This document shows, piece by piece, positions 16,537 through 26,876 of a stretch of 43,747 nt of DNA. The translations under genes and the position numbers were made by a program. The notes below the pieces were generated by a model. It did not search any database, was not told where the DNA came from, and saw nothing but the letters and a program-made list of their open reading frames with translations. The number at the start of each line of letters is the position of its first letter. The stretch's first letter is position 1. Source of the DNA: a virus. Lineage: Duplodnaviria; Caudoviricetes. The DNA lies in the IMG/VR virus record IMGVR_UViG_3300017780_002673, positions 1 through 43,747 of that record. One strand, given 5' to 3'.

Positions 16537-16770
16537 ATGGCAGTAGCCTCTGTTCAAGTCACCGTAACTGATGGTCCGCAGGTCAACGGCAACGACGTGA
16601 CGTTCGACGTTACCGGCGGCACGCTGGATAACTCCAGTGTTTGCCAGTTCAACTGGGATGACGCGGTATTTGTTGGCCAAGAAGGCAAGCAACGCCTGCT
16701 GGCCCATCTGAAAATCATCGAAGACCGTATTTCAACTGCTAGGCTGTGGCCTATCACGGCTGCGTCGTAA
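16537..16770 (+). CDS. Hypothetical virion protein
   Basis: GGAG RBS; late operon. Confidence 0.75.
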   Translation: MAVASVQVTVTDGPQVNGNDVTFDVTGGTLDNSSVCQFNWDDAVFVGQEGKQRLLAHLKIIEDRISTARLWPITAAS

Positions 16771-16779
16771 GGAGCCGTC

Positions 16780-17355
16780 ATGCAAGTCACTCGTATGCGC
16801 AGCACAGTCGCCCGGCCGGCAGACATTACGGCTTATGCCGCTGGTGACGAAATCAGCAACAGCGCCACCGCAGGTTCGGTTGTCCGTCCGGTTTTCAATC
16901 TGTCTGGTTTCAGCCGCGGCCGTATTCACGGAGCGACGCTTGACATAACCCCTGCTTCGGGTAGTCTGGTTATTGTTGCTGCTGATCTTGAACTGGCCAT
17001 CTTCCATACTGTCGATGCTCCTGCAGCAGTTGGCGACAACGTGACGCACCCGATTGACGCGTCTGTTATGGCAAAAGCTGTTGGCGTATTTCGGTTTGAC
17101 GACGGTGCTTGGAACAATCAACTCGGCGCGCAAACCGCCGGCACATCCGGTTGGCAGCGAGTGGCTGCTCATGTGACAACCCCATTGGCCACGCCGGTTC
17201 TGCAAGAACCGTATGTCCTTGGGTTTTCGTTTGACTTTTCGCAGAAGACTCTTGCGCAGCGCGAATTTACTGCTGTTTTGCGCGTGCTCGGCGCATGGAC
17301 GCCCTTGGCAGTTGTCAATACTATCGGGATCACGTTAGACCTGGAAGTGGAGTAA
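16780..17355 (+). CDS. Hypothetical virion protein (beta-rich)
   Basis: AAGGAG RBS; RPADITAYAAGD N-terminus. Confidence 0.75.
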   Translation: MQVTRMRSTVARPADITAYAAGDEISNSATAGSVVRPVFNLSGFSRGRIHGATLDITPASGSLVIVAADLELAIFHTVDAPAAVGDNVTHPIDASVMAKAVGVFRFDDGAWNNQLGAQTAGTSGWQRVAAHVTTPLATPVLQEPYVLGFSFDFSQKTLAQREFTAVLRVLGAWTPLAVVNTIGITLDLEVE

Positions 17356-17358
17356 ACC

Positions 17359-17928
17359 GTGGCGATCAGCAATGTCGCCATTGCGAACCGTGCCCTGCAA
17401 AAGCTGGGCGCGAAACGCATCTCCAGTCTGGACCAGGACACGCCGAACGCGCGCAGCATGAACGCCGCGTTCGAGCGGGTGCGGGACGCAGAACTGCGCC
17501 GCTACGACTGGTCATTCGCCATCAAACGGGATTCTATCGCCGCCGATGGCGACGACCCGGTGTGGGGCGACTACAATCGTTACAGCTTGCCCAACGACTT
17601 TATCCGCCTGCTGCGGGATGACGAGTCGGGCGCGGCAGTTGATTGGAAGATCGAAGGCATCTACATTCTCAGCAAAGACGCCGCCCCGCTGGAAATCAAA
17701 TACATCGCCCGCATCGAAGACCCGAACTACTACGACCCGCTGTTCGTGGAAGCCTTCGCTGGCCGCCTGGCGCTGGAGTGCGCCAAGGAAATCACGGACA
17801 GCACTTCGGACAAGGAAAGCGTTAAAGACGACTACAAGGCTGACATCGCAGAAGCCCGCCGCGTAGGGGCTATTGAGAAAGCCGCACAGGAGTTCCCGGA
17901 AGACCCGTGGCTGGCAGCCAGGTACTGA
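17359..17928 (+). CDS. Tail tubular protein A (T7 gp11-like adaptor)
   Basis: IANRALQKLG, WSFA, YSLPNDFIR, DPLFVEAFAGRLA. Confidence 0.9.
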   Translation: MAISNVAIANRALQKLGAKRISSLDQDTPNARSMNAAFERVRDAELRRYDWSFAIKRDSIAADGDDPVWGDYNRYSLPNDFIRLLRDDESGAAVDWKIEGIYILSKDAAPLEIKYIARIEDPNYYDPLFVEAFAGRLALECAKEITDSTSDKESVKDDYKADIAEARRVGAIEKAAQEFPEDPWLAARY

Positions 17929-17929
17929 C

Positions 17930-20452
17930 ATGGCCCGTGCCAGCCTGATCCAGAATACCTGTAACGCGGGCGAACTCAGCCCTCTTTTGCTTGGCCGGCA
18001 GGACATCGCCAAGTATAAGAATGGCCTGCAGGTCTGCAAGAACGGCATCCCGCTGACGCAGGGCGCGTGGACCCGCCGCCCCGGCACCGTCTACCAACAG
18101 CAAGCGCGGCACCACGACAAAGCCTGCCGACTGTTCCCGTTTCAGTTTTCCGTCACGCAAACCTACGTGCTGGAGTTTGGCGAGAACTACATCCGGTTCT
18201 TCACCGGCAACGCCCCGCTGACCCTGACCGGCCAGAATATCACCGGCATCACGCAGGCGGCGACCGCAGTTGTCACCTACTCCGGCAGCGACACTTACGC
18301 CAATGGCGACCGAGTTTACATCACCGGTGTTGTCGGCATGACGCAGGTGAACCGCCGCGAATTTGTTGTCACCAACGTCAACACCGGCGCCAATACGTTT
18401 GAACTCTACAACAGCGACGGCACCGCCGTCAACAGCACGGGCTACGGCGCGTGGTCGTCCGGCGGCACGGTGGCGGAAATATATCAGGTAACGACCACCT
18501 ACGCGGAAGCCGATCTGGCAGACATCCGGATTGTGCAATCTGCCGATACGCTCTACATTCTGCACCCGGACTTCCCGCCGGCGACCCTGACCCGCGTGTC
18601 CGCCACGTCCTGGACGCTGGCCGACATCACGTTTCTGGATGGCCCGTATGAGTCCACCAACACGACCACCACGACGCTGACGCCGGACGCCGCCACTAAT
18701 GGCGCGCCGGTGGCTATCAGCAACGCGGCCAACAATGGCTCCGGCTTGATCCGCATCACGGCTGCCGGCCACGGTCTGCTGACCGGCGACGGCACCGAGA
18801 TTGAAGGTGTGGTTGGCACGACTGAAGCCAATACCCACTGGATCGTCACGCGGATTGACGCCAACAATTTCGATCTGCAAGGCTCCACGTTCACCAACGC
18901 CTACGTCAGCGGCGGCACTTCAACGCGGCATCCGTTCATTACGGCCAGCGCCGTCACCGGCATCAACGGCGGGCAAGGTTTTCTGAGCACCGACGTTGGC
19001 CGGCTGATCCGCATCCGGGAAGGTTCCACCTGGGGCTATGTTGAAATTGTCCACGTCGTTTCAACCACGGTAGTCATTGCGCACGTCTACAACACCCTGT
19101 CAGACACCACATCAAAGGTGGACTGGCGTATGGGCCTGTGGTCTGATACCACGGGCTTCCCGACCTGCGCCACGTTCCATGAAGACCGGCTGTTCTTCGC
19201 GGGCGCGGCTACGTCCCCGCAGCGCATCGACGGATCCAAGACCGGGCTTTACACAAACTTCGCCCCGTCCGGCACTGACGGCACGGTGGCCGACGACAAC
19301 GCCGTGTCGTTCACGCTGAACGCGGACGACGTGAACGCGGTGAAGTGGCTGGCGACAAACGAGAAAGGTTTGCTGGTAGGCACCACCCGCGGCGAATGGC
19401 AGGTGAAGCCATCCGCCCTGAACGAGGCCATCACGCCGACCAACATCACCGGCAAGCCTTCCACCCGCCACGGCAGCGCCGATGTGGCGCCGGTGACAGC
19501 CGGCAACGCCGTGCTGTTCGTCCAGCGCGCGGGCCGCAAGCTGCGTGAGTTTGCCTACGTGTTTGAAGTCGATGGCTTCAAAGCCCCGGACATGACCCTG
19601 CTGGCCGAGCACATCACCCGCCCGAGTATTACCGAATTGGCCTATCAGACCCAGCCACAGGCGATCGTCTGGGGTGTCCGATCGGACGGCGTGCTGCTGG
19701 GCTTCACCTACGAGCGCGACCAAGACGTTGTAGCCTGGCACCGGCATGAACTGGGTGGCTTCAGCAACGCCGGCGGCACCGCCATCCCGGAAGTCGAATC
19801 GGTGGCCGTGGTGCCGAACCCGTCCGCCAGCCGTGACGAACTCTACATGGTGGTCAAGCGTTACATCAACGGCAGCACCAAACGTTACATCGAATACATG
19901 AGCAAAATCTGGGAATACGGCGACGAGCAGGTCAACGCCTTCCACTTGGATTGCGGCTACACCATCACCAACGGTTCGCCAAGCAGCACCGTGACGGGCC
20001 TGTGGCATCTGGAAGGACAGAGCGTTACGCCCTACGTGGACGGGGCCAAACACCCGGACGTGACCGTCACCAACGGCACCATCACTCTGAACCACACCGC
20101 CACGGTCGTCACGCTGGGCTATGCCTACAACAGCGACGGTCAGATCATGCCGATTGAAGGCGGGTCGCAGGACGGCACCGCGCAAGCTAAAACCAAGCGA
20201 ATCCACAGCGTGGGCTTTTGGCTGATGGACACATTGGGCTTGAAGTTTGGTCCGGATTCTGATAACCTAAATGAGATCCTCGCTACCAAGTGGGGGCAAA
20301 ACTTTGGCGAGGCGACCGCGCTTGTGACCGACGTTATCAGCGAACGAATGGAAGACGACTACAACAAACGCGGGCAAGTCTACTGGCGGGCTGACGGCCC
20401 GTTCCCGGCAACCGTGCTGGCGATCATGCCCAAGGTCAATGTCTCAGACTAG
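17930..20452 (+). CDS. Tail tubular protein B (T7 gp12-like nozzle) with two inserted FCCH-like domains
   Basis: NAGELSP, RRPGT, QSADTLYILHP, FHEDRLFFAG, AWHRH, GLWHLEG; ATG at 17930. Confidence 0.9.
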   Translation: MARASLIQNTCNAGELSPLLLGRQDIAKYKNGLQVCKNGIPLTQGAWTRRPGTVYQQQARHHDKACRLFPFQFSVTQTYVLEFGENYIRFFTGNAPLTLTGQNITGITQAATAVVTYSGSDTYANGDRVYITGVVGMTQVNRREFVVTNVNTGANTFELYNSDGTAVNSTGYGAWSSGGTVAEIYQVTTTYAEADLADIRIVQSADTLYILHPDFPPATLTRVSATSWTLADITFLDGPYESTNTTTTTLTPDAATNGAPVAISNAANNGSGLIRITAAGHGLLTGDGTEIEGVVGTTEANTHWIVTRIDANNFDLQGSTFTNAYVSGGTSTRHPFITASAVTGINGGQGFLSTDVGRLIRIREGSTWGYVEIVHVVSTTVVIAHVYNTLSDTTSKVDWRMGLWSDTTGFPTCATFHEDRLFFAGAATSPQRIDGSKTGLYTNFAPSGTDGTVADDNAVSFTLNADDVNAVKWLATNEKGLLVGTTRGEWQVKPSALNEAITPTNITGKPSTRHGSADVAPVTAGNAVLFVQRAGRKLREFAYVFEVDGFKAPDMTLLAEHITRPSITELAYQTQPQAIVWGVRSDGVLLGFTYERDQDVVAWHRHELGGFSNAGGTAIPEVESVAVVPNPSASRDELYMVVKRYINGSTKRYIEYMSKIWEYGDEQVNAFHLDCGYTITNGSPSSTVTGLWHLEGQSVTPYVDGAKHPDVTVTNGTITLNHTATVVTLGYAYNSDGQIMPIEGGSQDGTAQAKTKRIHSVGFWLMDTLGLKFGPDSDNLNEILATKWGQNFGEATALVTDVISERMEDDYNKRGQVYWRADGPFPATVLAIMPKVNVSD

Positions 20453-20873
20453 ACAAGTGGTGCCGTTCCGCCGCTGGCACATTGCGTGGCTGGTGGGGGC
20501 GGGGAAACCGGAAAGCGGTTTCATGCCATTGGATGTGGAAACGCTGATGGCGCTGGAGAAACAGAACAGTTGGACGGCGGTGATTGACGGGTCGCCAGTG
20601 GCGTGCGGCGGGACGATCCAGCACTGGCCGGGGCGGCACCAAGGGTGGATGTATCTGAACAAGGCCAGCGGGAAGCACATGCGCTGGTTGACTTCTATGG
20701 TGTTCAATAAATTGAACAGAATAGAGGGGCGGCTGGAAATCAGTGTCCGGTGTGATTTTGCACTCGGACACAAGTGGGCGAAGATGCTGGGGTTCCGGGT
20801 TGAGACTGAGCGGATGGACCGCTTCGGCCCGGAGGGGGAAGACCACACTGGGTACGTGAGGATTACGGGGTAG
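20439..20873 (+). CDS. GNAT-fold / T7 gp13-like internal virion protein
   Basis: ACGG, KWAKMLGF motifs; position after nozzle. Confidence 0.7.
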   Translation: MSQTRQVVPFRRWHIAWLVGAGKPESGFMPLDVETLMALEKQNSWTAVIDGSPVACGGTIQHWPGRHQGWMYLNKASGKHMRWLTSMVFNKLNRIEGRLEISVRCDFALGHKWAKMLGFRVETERMDRFGPEGEDHTGYVRITG

Positions 20874-20877
20874 AAAA

Positions 20878-21354
20878 ATGGCAGCGGCAATTCCTTTCAT
20901 CCAAGCGGGCGCGGCGGTTATCGGCGCGGTAAACGCCATTCAACAAGGGCGGGCCGCCAAGGCTGCGGCAGACTTCAACGCCACAATCAATATGCAGAAC
21001 GCCGAGATCGCCCGGTCTGACGCCGCTGGCCAAGCAGTCCAGATCGAACGCGAAAATGCGCTGCGCCTTGGCGCCATTCGGGCGGCGCAGGGCAAGAGTG
21101 GTGGTGCGGCGGATTCCGGCTCGGTGCTGGACGTGCTGGGCGATCAGGCGGCGCAGGGCGAACTGGAACGTCAATACGCGGTCTACCAGGGCGAACAGCG
21201 GGCGCGTGGTTTTGTGAACACCGCCAATCTGGACACCGCCAGCGGCAAGGCCGCACAGAAAGCGGGCTACATGAAGGCTGGCGCCGAGTTGCTGAGTGGC
21301 GGCGCAAAAGCCTACGATATTTACAGCCGTGGCAACAACCTGAAACGAGCATAA
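20878..21354 (+). CDS. Internal virion (ejection) protein, gp14-like
   Basis: Hydrophobic Ala/Gly N-terminus, SGSVLDV, Ala/Gln-rich helix; synteny. Confidence 0.8.
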   Translation: MAAAIPFIQAGAAVIGAVNAIQQGRAAKAAADFNATINMQNAEIARSDAAGQAVQIERENALRLGAIRAAQGKSGGAADSGSVLDVLGDQAAQGELERQYAVYQGEQRARGFVNTANLDTASGKAAQKAGYMKAGAELLSGGAKAYDIYSRGNNLKRA

Positions 21355-21355
21355 C

Positions 21356-22834
21356 ATGCCAAGACTGCCTACTCGTAGCGCCGACATTCAACCGGGTGCC
21401 GTCTCCGGCGGCCGGCGTGCCGGTATTGAAGACACCGGCGTTGTTGATCTGGCACCCCTTGGCCGCACCATTCAAAGTGTTGCCGAGAACCAGATGCAAG
21501 GCCGGGAAGAAGACGAATCCCGCAAAGTGCTGGTGCAGCAAGCCGAGATCCGCGCCAAGTACGCCAAGCGGCTGGACGAAGCGGCTACCTCTGGCGAAGA
21601 ACTCGGCAAGATCAGGGAAGAACTGGACACTGACCTGTCCCGTGTCAGCGAGAATCTGCAAACCCGTAAGGGGTTGGAGACTGCGCAGATGCACGCCGCC
21701 AACACGGGCGCTGTGTTTGACAACCAGGCCAACAACATTGCCGTTACGCGCGCAACGCTGGAAGCGCGGGTGGAGGGTGCCAAGTTCCTGAACAGCACCG
21801 GCGCCATCCTGTCGTCCAATCCAGGCTATCTGCCGCAGGCCGAGCAGGACGTGGACGCTTTCGTGGCGACCCTGAACCGCGTGCCGCCGGAGAAGCGGGC
21901 CGCCATTGCGGCCGATCTCAAGAACAACCTGAACGTGGCCGCGGCCATGCGACAGGCGCAGATTGACCCGGACGGCACCATCGCCGCGGTCAAGGGCGGG
22001 CAATACAATCTGGACCCGACGCAGCGGTTGCAGATCGAACGGGAAGCCGAGCGCGAGAAACGAGCGCAAGAAGCTGACCGGGAGCGCGTGAAGCTGGAAG
22101 CCCGCCGGGAAGAAGCCGAGAAAGTGGACTTGGCCCGTGGTGAAATGCTGGACGGCATCATCAAAGGCAAGGTGCGCTGGGCGGACATCCGTGACAACCC
22201 CGCCTTCGCTGGCCCGCAGGGTGCGAACGCCAAGAAGGAACTGTTCCTGATGATGGAAGCGCGGAACAAAGAGATGGCTGGCGGTGAAAAGCGGTCGAAC
22301 CCGGTTGTGGAGCGCAATCTGTGGATGGCGATTCACGCACCGGAAGGCGACTCGCGCAAGATTTACAGCGCCACCCCGATCTTTGAAGCGGTGCAGCGGG
22401 GGGACATCAACACAGCCACGGCAAATCAGCTGAACGCCATGGTGGCCAACCAGAAGGACGAGAACAATCGCACGATTGGCAGCCATTTAAATGGCTTGAT
22501 GTCGATTGTTGGACGTTCACTGTCGCAAGACCCGCGCTACATTGGGCAACCCGGTATTGTGGCCGAGATTCAGATGGACTATCAGGATAGAGTGAATCGC
22601 AAAGTAGCGGAGTTGCGCAAGAAGCCGGGCGCCGATCCAATGGACGCATTTAACCCGGCCAGTAAAGACTTTGTGGGTTCACGCGAATTCATTCAAGGTT
22701 CGATTGATCGGGTGAAAGGGAACGCTGCAACGACACTTCCGCGCGCTGGCGCTGTGCTGGAGTTCGGCGGCAAGAAATGGGAATTCAAAGGCGGCGACCC
22801 GGCAGTCCAATCCAACTACAAAGAAGTTAAATAA
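21356..22834 (+). CDS. Internal virion (ejection) protein, gp15-like
   Basis: MPRLPT start, helical composition, synteny. Confidence 0.7.
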   Translation: MPRLPTRSADIQPGAVSGGRRAGIEDTGVVDLAPLGRTIQSVAENQMQGREEDESRKVLVQQAEIRAKYAKRLDEAATSGEELGKIREELDTDLSRVSENLQTRKGLETAQMHAANTGAVFDNQANNIAVTRATLEARVEGAKFLNSTGAILSSNPGYLPQAEQDVDAFVATLNRVPPEKRAAIAADLKNNLNVAAAMRQAQIDPDGTIAAVKGGQYNLDPTQRLQIEREAEREKRAQEADRERVKLEARREEAEKVDLARGEMLDGIIKGKVRWADIRDNPAFAGPQGANAKKELFLMMEARNKEMAGGEKRSNPVVERNLWMAIHAPEGDSRKIYSATPIFEAVQRGDINTATANQLNAMVANQKDENNRTIGSHLNGLMSIVGRSLSQDPRYIGQPGIVAEIQMDYQDRVNRKVAELRKKPGADPMDAFNPASKDFVGSREFIQGSIDRVKGNAATTLPRAGAVLEFGGKKWEFKGGDPAVQSNYKEVK

Positions 22835-25800
22835 TGGCCGGTCCTTGGGAGCAATTTCAGCAGACCGCACCGGCCGCTGGTCCATGGACGATGTTTGGTC
22901 CGCCGGCCGTCAACGTGCCGGAGCCAAAACGCGCCAAGGACATCGGTGACGCGGTAATCGCCGGGCTGCAGAACAGCGCCACCGGCCTTGCCCTGCGTGG
23001 CCAGATGCCGAGCCAGCAACTGGGCGAAGACGCCCCCTGGCATCAACGCCTATTTGCTGGCGCCGCTGGTGTTGTGGCTGACATCCCGCTTTCCGTTGTC
23101 GCCGCTATCCCGGCCACGCCAGGTGGCCCAATAGCCATGGGTGCCGCAGGTTTTGCCGCCCCGATGGCTTTGCGGGATGCGCTGATCGAAGCCTACTCCA
23201 ACAACCACGCTGCGTCTTGGGGCGGAGTGTGGGAGATTGCCAAGGCGGCGATGGCTGGCGGCACCAAGGGTGCGGTCATCGGTGCTGCTACCATGGGTGC
23301 CGGGCGTGTTGTGGCCGGCGCATTGCCTGCCGCAACCGGCGCAGCGACCAAAGGCGCGGCAGTCTTTGGCACCGAACTGGCGACTCTGACCACGACTTCC
23401 GCCGCCTTGGAAGGCCGTATGCCGACCGCCATGGACTTCATGGACAATGCCCTGCTGCTGGGCGGTATGAAGGGCGCGGTGAAGGTGGCGGGTGGTTTAC
23501 GTTCAATCTACGCACAGACTGGCCGCACACCGGACATGGTGGCGGGGGATGCGGTGAAGAATCCTGAGATTGCGCGCGAGTTAAAAGAAGGCGCGGTCGA
23601 TCCGTTTGCCTATGCTGAAAAAATAGGAATTGGCATTGAGGTAGCCGACCGCGCAGAGTACATAAGCGCGCATGGCAGACTCTACGTGCCTGATCTTCCT
23701 CCAGCAGAGTTCCAAATGAAGTTTGGCGCAACACGTGAGCAAGTAGTGTCGCACGAACTAGGACATGCGTTGCTTGATAAATGGGGCATGACTGGTGAAA
23801 TAAAAGGCCCGTACTACGCCGATTTACGCGCCGAGTTGCGCAGCATATCAAAAGAATTCCGTGGCAGTGTGTGGGACGTTGCGCGCGGTCATACGCAGAA
23901 AAGCCAAGAACTGTTGGCGGACGGACTGGCCGTGTGGATGACGAATCCTGCGGCCAGGAGCAAAATGCCTCTGTTTGAAAAACTCCTTGGGACACGTATT
24001 GATGACCTAAAGGGTGCGCCATTAAAAGCAGCACAAGCTATTCCAAAAACTTATGAACCGGTGGCGCTGCAAGAACGCATCAAGGCCGCTATCGACGCGG
24101 ACCCGCGCCCGGACATGCTGCGCGAGGCGCTGAACGCCGACCCGACAACCGTGCCGAAGCTGGGCAGTGGCGCGCTGGTTGACCCGGTGAAATACGAATA
24201 CATCACGGACAACGCCACCGCCAAAGGTGTGCTGCGCGGCGTCACGGAACTCTATCAAAACGAGATTCAGGCGCAGACCCGTGGCGTGGTGCCGAACAAG
24301 CAGACCGCCACGGAAGCCCTGCAAGCCATTGCCGGCGGCAAAGTCAGCGACCGCGTAATTGGTGAAGCGGGCAACGCGGCGGAAATCTACGCCCGCGCGC
24401 ATCTACTGAAAGGTGCTACCAATCACGCCATGCAGGAACTGGCAAAGATCAAAGACCTGACACCCGCCGAACTGACACCGCAAGCCAAGCTGACTGCCCT
24501 TGCCGCCATTGAGCGCGTGGGGATGCTGAAGGCTGAACTGGAAGGTGTCGGTGCCGAAGCAGGCCGCGCACTCCAGATACTGCGCAGCATCAAATACGAT
24601 TCTACCTTGCTGGGCGAAGCCAACACCCTGCTGGCCGCTGCCGAACGCAAGGGCAGTCTCCAGGACGTGGCGAAACTCATGTCGCAGATGAAAGACCCGG
24701 CGCAGCAAGCCGAGTTTGCCAACCAGTATTCCAAGGCCACGACCACGGAGAAAGTGATCGAAGCGTGGAAGGCGGGTATCCTGTCCGGCCCGCAGACCCA
24801 TCTAGCCAACATCATGGGCAACATGACCAAGTGGGCCATCGAACTGCCGGAGAACACCCTGGCCGCCACGATCACCGCCGGTCAACGCGCAGCCAAGGGC
24901 GACCCGCTGACCATGGCGCAGTTCAAAGCCCGCGCCCTGTCGTCCATCATCGGCCTGCAACTCGGCACCGCTGACGCTCTGAAGGTGGCCGGTGAAGCCC
25001 TGCGTAGCGACACGCTGAGTCTGGACAAGGGTGATATTTATCGCCCGGCCATTGAAGGCAAGAAGGGCGAGATTATCCGCACCCCGTTCCGCCTGCTGCA
25101 AGCGCAGGACGCACTGTTCCGTATCCCTGCCGAGCGGGCGAAAGCCTACGAACTGGCGGTTGACCGGGTAGTCAAAGAAGGGCTGCATCCGGACACGATG
25201 GAGGCGAAAGCCAAGATCACCGAATATCTGAACAACCCGACTGCGGGGCTGACGCCCACCGCGGGCCAGAAAGTGCTGGACACGATTGCACAGACCGGTG
25301 CCGAAGCTGTGTTCTCGCAGCGAGTCGGCCCGCGGCTAGAGATGGTGCAGCAAGCCATGGCGGGGCATTGGAGCCAGTTCGTCATCCCGTTTGTCCGCAC
25401 CCCGGCCAACTTGGTTTCGTGGGCTGTGCAGCACACGCCGGGCCTGAACATCCTGTCCGCCCGCTGGCGTGCAGATTTTGCAGCTGGCGGCGAATCCCAG
25501 GCCAAGGCCATTGCCCGCGTCACCATCGGCACCGGCATAGCCCTGACAGCGTTCGCCATGGCCGAAGACGGTATCCTGACCGGTGGCGGGCTGTTCGACA
25601 AAGAGCAGGGCGGGGCGAAACGTGCCGCCGGCTGGCAGCCCTACAGCGTGCAGATCAACGGCAAGTTCTACAGCTTCCAGCGCATCGAGCCGGTGGCCAA
25701 AGTCATGGGTATTGCCGGCGACTTGGTGGACATGATCAAGGCCAGCAAGGACGAAGAAGACAAGGCCAAGATGCTGTCGATGCTGGTGCTGATGTTCGGC

Positions 25801-26496
25801 AACGCCACGATCAGCACGACCTACCTGTCCGGCTTGGCGGGTGCGGTCAACGCCATGGTGGATCCGGTGCGCTACGGCGACCAGTTCTTGGAAGGTTACG
25901 CCACGTCGCTGATACCGAAGATTGTCGGGCAGACCACAACCTTGGCCGACCCGTATAAGCGGGAAGTGGACGGCGTGATGGACGCCATTCAGTCGCAACT
26001 GCCTTACTTCCGCGAGAAGTTGATGCCAAAACGGGACGCATGGGGCGAACCGTCCGCGAACGACAAGTGGTTCGCTGTCATGCCGGTGGCGACCAGCGAA
26101 GTCAGCAAGGACAAAGTGAAGACGGAAGCCGTGCGGCTGGAGATCGCCATGTCGCCGGCACCGAAGTTCCTGATCGAGAAAGGCCCGTTCAAGCCGAAGG
26201 ACAAACGCATCGAACTGACCGCCGAACAGCGGGACGTGTTTGCGCAGGTATCCGGCAAGAACGCCATGGAGATTCTGGCGCCAATCGTCAACGCCACGGA
26301 CTGGGAGCGCATCCCGGACTTTGCCAAGGCGGAAGTCTACAAGCGCGTCATCGAAGGCACCCGTCGCCAAGGGCAGTATGCCGCCCTGCCGCCGGATGCA
26401 GCGGAACGCGACAAAGTGCGGCAGAAGATCGTGGACACCATCGTCAAGCAGACAGAGGCAGTCGCCCCTGAGAAACGAATCAAGGCTGAAAAATGA
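22834..26496 (+). CDS. Large internal virion (ejection) protein, gp16-like, with inserted HExxH metallopeptidase domain
   Basis: 1220 aa; LSGPQTHLANIMGN, PFVRTPAN, GWQPYS motifs; SHELGH at 23749-23766. Confidence 0.8.
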   Translation: MAGPWEQFQQTAPAAGPWTMFGPPAVNVPEPKRAKDIGDAVIAGLQNSATGLALRGQMPSQQLGEDAPWHQRLFAGAAGVVADIPLSVVAAIPATPGGPIAMGAAGFAAPMALRDALIEAYSNNHAASWGGVWEIAKAAMAGGTKGAVIGAATMGAGRVVAGALPAATGAATKGAAVFGTELATLTTTSAALEGRMPTAMDFMDNALLLGGMKGAVKVAGGLRSIYAQTGRTPDMVAGDAVKNPEIARELKEGAVDPFAYAEKIGIGIEVADRAEYISAHGRLYVPDLPPAEFQMKFGATREQVVSHELGHALLDKWGMTGEIKGPYYADLRAELRSISKEFRGSVWDVARGHTQKSQELLADGLAVWMTNPAARSKMPLFEKLLGTRIDDLKGAPLKAAQAIPKTYEPVALQERIKAAIDADPRPDMLREALNADPTTVPKLGSGALVDPVKYEYITDNATAKGVLRGVTELYQNEIQAQTRGVVPNKQTATEALQAIAGGKVSDRVIGEAGNAAEIYARAHLLKGATNHAMQELAKIKDLTPAELTPQAKLTALAAIERVGMLKAELEGVGAEAGRALQILRSIKYDSTLLGEANTLLAAAERKGSLQDVAKLMSQMKDPAQQAEFANQYSKATTTEKVIEAWKAGILSGPQTHLANIMGNMTKWAIELPENTLAATITAGQRAAKGDPLTMAQFKARALSSIIGLQLGTADALKVAGEALRSDTLSLDKGDIYRPAIEGKKGEIIRTPFRLLQAQDALFRIPAERAKAYELAVDRVVKEGLHPDTMEAKAKITEYLNNPTAGLTPTAGQKVLDTIAQTGAEAVFSQRVGPRLEMVQQAMAGHWSQFVIPFVRTPANLVSWAVQHTPGLNILSARWRADFAAGGESQAKAIARVTIGTGIALTAFAMAEDGILTGGGLFDKEQGGAKRAAGWQPYSVQINGKFYSFQRIEPVAKVMGIAGDLVDMIKASKDEEDKAKMLSMLVLMFGNATISTTYLSGLAGAVNAMVDPVRYGDQFLEGYATSLIPKIVGQTTTLADPYKREVDGVMDAIQSQLPYFREKLMPKRDAWGEPSANDKWFAVMPVATSEVSKDKVKTEAVRLEIAMSPAPKFLIEKGPFKPKDKRIELTAEQRDVFAQVSGKNAMEILAPIVNATDWERIPDFAKAEVYKRVIEGTRRQGQYAALPPDAAERDKVRQKIVDTIVKQTEAVAPEKRIKAEK

Positions 26497-26864
26497 TACT
26501 CGACCTTGGCAATGGCAGGGAATTGAAGCTGCCGGATGACACGTCAGACGAAACCGCGCGCCAACTCGGGCGGCTGATCCTGGTGCTGGAAGATCGTGCC
26601 ATTGCTGCCGAGCGCACGGCTGCCGACCTGCAACAGCAGATAGACGAACTCCGGCGGGAAGTCCGCAAACCGGTCGAAGTCGATCAAGAGGATGACGACG
26701 AGGATGACGCACCAGAGGATGCGGCGCTGGTGGCGGCCATCCAGAAGCTGGAAGATTCTCTGGCAAAACGATTAGACAACATGCTCCGTGCTACACTGGC
26801 GGACCGTATCATGGTTCCGGACGAACTGGGAACGCCACGTTCCCGTGTCGTCTTGGGTTCATAA
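26493..26864 (+). CDS. Hypothetical acidic coiled-coil protein
   Basis: ATGA overlap; DQEDDDEDD tract. Confidence 0.75.
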   Translation: MILDLGNGRELKLPDDTSDETARQLGRLILVLEDRAIAAERTAADLQQQIDELRREVRKPVEVDQEDDDEDDAPEDAALVAAIQKLEDSLAKRLDNMLRATLADRIMVPDELGTPRSRVVLGS

Positions 26865-26876
26865 AAGGCACGGATA

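Noticed and set aside
20987-22486. Long antisense ORFs (also 12063..13031, 12691..13848, 19112..20206, 25336..26766)
   Set aside because: Shadow ORFs of GC-rich, codon-biased sense genes; no motifs or RBS
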